A DNA stretch of 64,000 bases. It comes from Blasia pusilla (lineage: Eukaryota). Every line of letters begins with the position of its first letter. The stretch's first letter is position 1. Below the pieces are notes generated by a model. That model was not told the DNA's origin. It made no database searches and saw only the letters and a list, made by a program, of their open reading frames with translations. Position numbers and translations under genes: made by a program. Below, one piece after another: positions 60,301 through 64,000 of the stretch. The DNA is taken from contig CM114271.1 of the NCBI GenBank assembly GCA_050084515.1, positions 1,116,001-1,180,000 on the forward strand. The letters run 5' to 3'.

Positions 60301-63300
60301 CAACGTTGCGCGCCTTCCCTTCTCTGCCGGGTCCTAACTTTAGCTCCGCTCCAACGAGAGCAGCCACCCCTACGCTCTTGCTCCGTCCGCGAGAACTGGC
60401 ACTTATTAGCACGGTTCGCTCTACGTTGTAGCCAGATGGACGGAAGGGCCGAATCATCACGATGGATGGAGGAAGAAGTAATCCTTTTGGAACGCATCTA
60501 TCTCAAAAGCTGAGCCGAATGTTGGCAGATTGTGCACCGCTAGAGAGAGAGGGAGTGGGGCGCGATTTCTGGCTGGACATGTGATTCTGCCAGGGAGGGG
60601 GGAGGAGGAGGAGGTGGTACTCCGCCACGCCGGGCTACGGAGATCCTTGGACACCGATGCAACTGGCGGCTTCCGCACAGGAGTAGTGTGCCCTTCTTTA
60701 CTAGAATCGCTACTTTAAGTGAGGAGCATGGCAATATAACGTAATGGTACGTTAATAGCATAAACGTACCATGGACCATGGCCTGCCCGAGGCAGCCGAC
60801 TGGGAGTGCTTGCGTTTCTTTTGCCTGTCCCGCCTCTAGCGTCGACAGCAAGATTCGATCCCCGCCCACTTGAACGCAGCCAATGACCCGACCTTACTGA
60901 CGTAGGCCTGCTAGATGTTTGGGGACAGGGGGCTTTCAAATTTTATTTATGAAATTTGTTTTTTCCGTGCCCAGATTTTTTTCTTACAAATCTCATAACT
61001 TTTTTTTTAGGTGAGCGTTATGAAATTACAGTTACATTTTTCTTACTTGAAATCTGCTCCTGGTGGTCCTTCTCTTTTTTTTTGGAATTATCTAATTATA
61101 TTGAAATTTTAATATGCTCTTTCTCTTACTTGCAGTGAATAATATTGTATATGCGGAGTGAGGCTAACTAGCTTACGCCATGTCAACTGTCTCATCAAGA
61201 TGCAAGAGGCGTATAATTGTGGAAGAAATTGTAATAAATAGGAGTCCCGAATATTTGGTAGAGAGAGATGAACATAGATTTTCATTATCTCGCTCTGAAC
61301 GCAAACGAAAATTATTTGATGTGGACCCTACATTTTTTGCTCCTATTTCAAATGGTTTCAATGAGACTGAGGAGGTTAGAGAAGTCTCAATAGGCGAGGA
61401 AATTGTGATTACTCTCAATAGTAATGAGAGATACTCTGTAGATATTTGTCCCGGTCTTGAAGATCTTGAGGATGGAGAATATTCCTCCACTTCCCTCTAT
61501 GATTCTGAGGGATGGTATGTTGGTGATGAGTTCGACCTCGAATATAGGTGTATGGATTATGGGGATTTAGACATAAGTCCAGATAGTCGAGATATTGGAG
61601 ATAAGTAGCCTATAGAGTACTATCTATCGTGTATATCCAATTATTCATCAAATCCATGTTGGTTTTGTTTTCAGAAGTCTGTTTGAGATTGTTGAGTTGA
61701 GCAAACGATCAAGTTTCATTTCTTTGGGAGTGGTGTTACCCAAAAAAGTAAGTCTTCTCTACTTGTGTTCTAATATTCAGGTGTGGAGATTTAGTATCCT
61801 TTTATATTGGGTATTTCTTTCATTATTTTGATATATTTCTTTTATTTTAATAATTGTGTGGATAATGCACGATACTTTATAAATGAGTGGTGACGAATTA
61901 CGCTATAGCGATGGTGAGTTCTACGTTCCTCTTGATGAACAAGAAAGGGATTATACACCTATAGATGTTGACGTCATAGAGGTGATACAAATAGCAAGTC
62001 CGGAGTATGTCCCCTCGCCGATCGTTGAAAATAGGAATTATGCTTCAAGTCCTGGCTATGTTCCATCGCCGATTTTTGAAAATATGGATAAGGCTTTAAG
62101 TCCTAGCTATGTACCATTTCCTATTTTAAAATGGGATTAATGGTCCTAATGTTAGCATAAGCCCTTTGAGAAATGGTCAGAGTTGTAGTTATGATGAGAG
62201 TGCATCTAGGATTTTAACCACACCTGGGGTGAATCATCATTCTATTTCACAAGAAGTAGTTGGAGGGCAGGAGGGAGAAGGAGATACAGATTCCACACAT
62301 GATTGCATCCCTTCATCAGACCCTATAGCATCTAGCCATTCTTTTGTACGTGATTGTTACGGGTCGGGGTCATGGGAAATTAGTGATTGTCATTCAATTT
62401 TCTATGAGGACTCAAGTGAGATGAGTACGGCGGAGTCTCATTGCCCGTTAGAATGATTTTCCTATTTCAGATTTTTATAAAAACTTCAGTTATGTGTAAA
62501 TTTATTTTTTAATATAGATTATAATATTCACAGACCAAATCTTGAGTATAAGTTTTTTGTACAAATTTTCTCCTTTTTTCTATTATTTTTTTATATATTG
62601 ACAATATATATTTTGGTTGGATGGTTGATATTATCACAAGATGCATGAATCTCAAGAGGATCCATCGAGGCGAAATGAAAAAAGATTATTCGCAGACATC
62701 ACCAATGTAGTCTCTTTATCTAATGTGGAACATGATCACCACATTTCATGTAGTGCTCCATCTTCTATACGGATTTCGGAGGAAACAGAGAAGATTGCAT
62801 ATAAAAAGGTTAGAAGGGTTGCTTCTCAAAGAAACAGAAGGGCGCTTCATGATATGCGATTTGTTACTCCTTCAACGATTTTGTCATCTCCAATGTAAGG
62901 ATACTTAGCATTATGATTATAGAATGATATCATAACCTTATGTGCACACTCTAGATTTTTTTGTGACTTTAATATCTTTCATGTTTGTGATGTAGACTTC
63001 CAAATCCATCGAACCCGAAACGATTACGTGATATACATCAAATTGTGAGAGCCCAAGGACAAAAGCGAAGACATGCTAAATTAGTTGAATTGAGATCTAT
63101 TGAAGCTGTTGTGAATATTCCATTGATGGAAGAATTACAACCACCCATCATAGATGGCCCACTAGACGCAAATACTATAAGGTATTTATTTATGTATAAC
63201 ATTTCTACTTTTTATTATAATAATATTTATAAATTTTTTTCGTATTATGACTTTTTTTATTCTTTGTTCAGGTTGGTAGCAACACCTTCCAATCAAAATC

Positions 63301-64000
63301 TTCATGCTTTAATAGACTCTACATCGTCTCCAATGTACGTTTCATCCACTCATTAATTTCTTTCTTTTTATTGGTTTTTTTAATTTAATTATTTTGACTT
63401 ACTTTTTTTTAATATTGTTTTTCTCAGTCTTCCACTTCCGTCCAACCCTCGGGGATTACATGCTATGCTTCAAGTTGCACGAGCACAAGGCCAGAGAAGA
63501 AGGCACCATAATTTGGCCCAAGCGAATGTTCATCAATTGTCTGTGAATCTTCTTCCTAGAGAGGAAGTTGAGGCTATGACTACTAATGACTTTCATACTC
63601 AAGCTAATACAAGGTATGCTTTACATATTTTTATTATTGATGCTTCTTACTTGGTCTTAAATTTTTATGAATGATTTCTAATAACAATTTTTTTGCAGGC
63701 CAATTATGGTACATCATGAAGTTGAAGCTATTCCAAACTCTGGGATTGTGGTCTTTCCATCTCCAATGTATATTTCTAAACTATATATTCAAATTTAATA
63801 GAGTTATGTTTGTATGTATATTTATTCTTATTATAATCATATATATTAATTTCTTAACCTCTGCTTGCAGTCTTCCAATTCCTACCAATCCTCTACGATT
63901 ATCTCACATGCTTCAAGTTGCTCGAGCTGAGGGCCAAAGAAGAAGACATGCTCATTTGGATGAAGTACATGAGGTTGCACATGTTGGCGATTCGTTGATA
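57372..64000 (+). mobile_element. Probable Helitron H4, 5' part with captured GC-rich cargo; runs off the window
   Basis: 5' A|TCTATACTATAAT matches the H2 5' end. The downstream spliced ORF shares a PI(L/M)xxHEV motif with the H2 RepHel N-terminus. No Rep domain is reached within the window. Confidence 0.55.
62641..64000 (+). CDS. Spliced ORF built of tandem two-exon repeats; possibly the N-terminal extension of a Helitron RepHel
   Basis: Predicted exons 62641-62894, 62996-63181, 63272-63334, 63428-63613, 63699-63767 and 63871-end. All introns are GT-AG, phase 2, and the frame stays open. Confidence 0.6.

Overview
Eukaryotic, almost entirely transposon-derived DNA, probably heterochromatin of a non-seed land plant such as a bryophyte (inferred from the element types, not proven). 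No host gene, RNA gene or CRISPR array was recognised. The backbone is a series of Helitrons, all on the + strand: an interrupted RepHel remnant ending at 37930, a full-length degenerate copy at 47437-54693, two probable non-autonomous copies, and one starting at 57372 that runs off the window. Ty3/Gypsy retroelements are nested into this backbone. The main result concerns two diverged Gypsy-type families (A: 2149-15480 plus an inverted partial copy at 8231-12360; B: 15495-26106 plus a deleted derivative at 43076-45340). (i) They encode a DNMT3-like C5-cytosine methyltransferase between protease and reverse transcriptase, and a PHD finger fused after the DDE integrase. (ii) They lack ordinary LTRs and instead have a split-repeat layout A1-internal-PPT-B1-(CA nn TG)-A2-B2 with 4-bp TSDs. 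(iii) They have a Tf1-like self-priming site in place of a tRNA PBS. This layout is what would result if a 2-LTR circle were opened by integrase at an internal CA-nn-TG site. Also present are a young Gypsy element with conventional LTRs and a large accessory ORF (27025-37692), a truncated Gypsy element (~3218-7399) and a solo LTR (44045-45047). All coding regions of families A and B here carry stops or frameshifts. Identities quoted are by-eye estimates.
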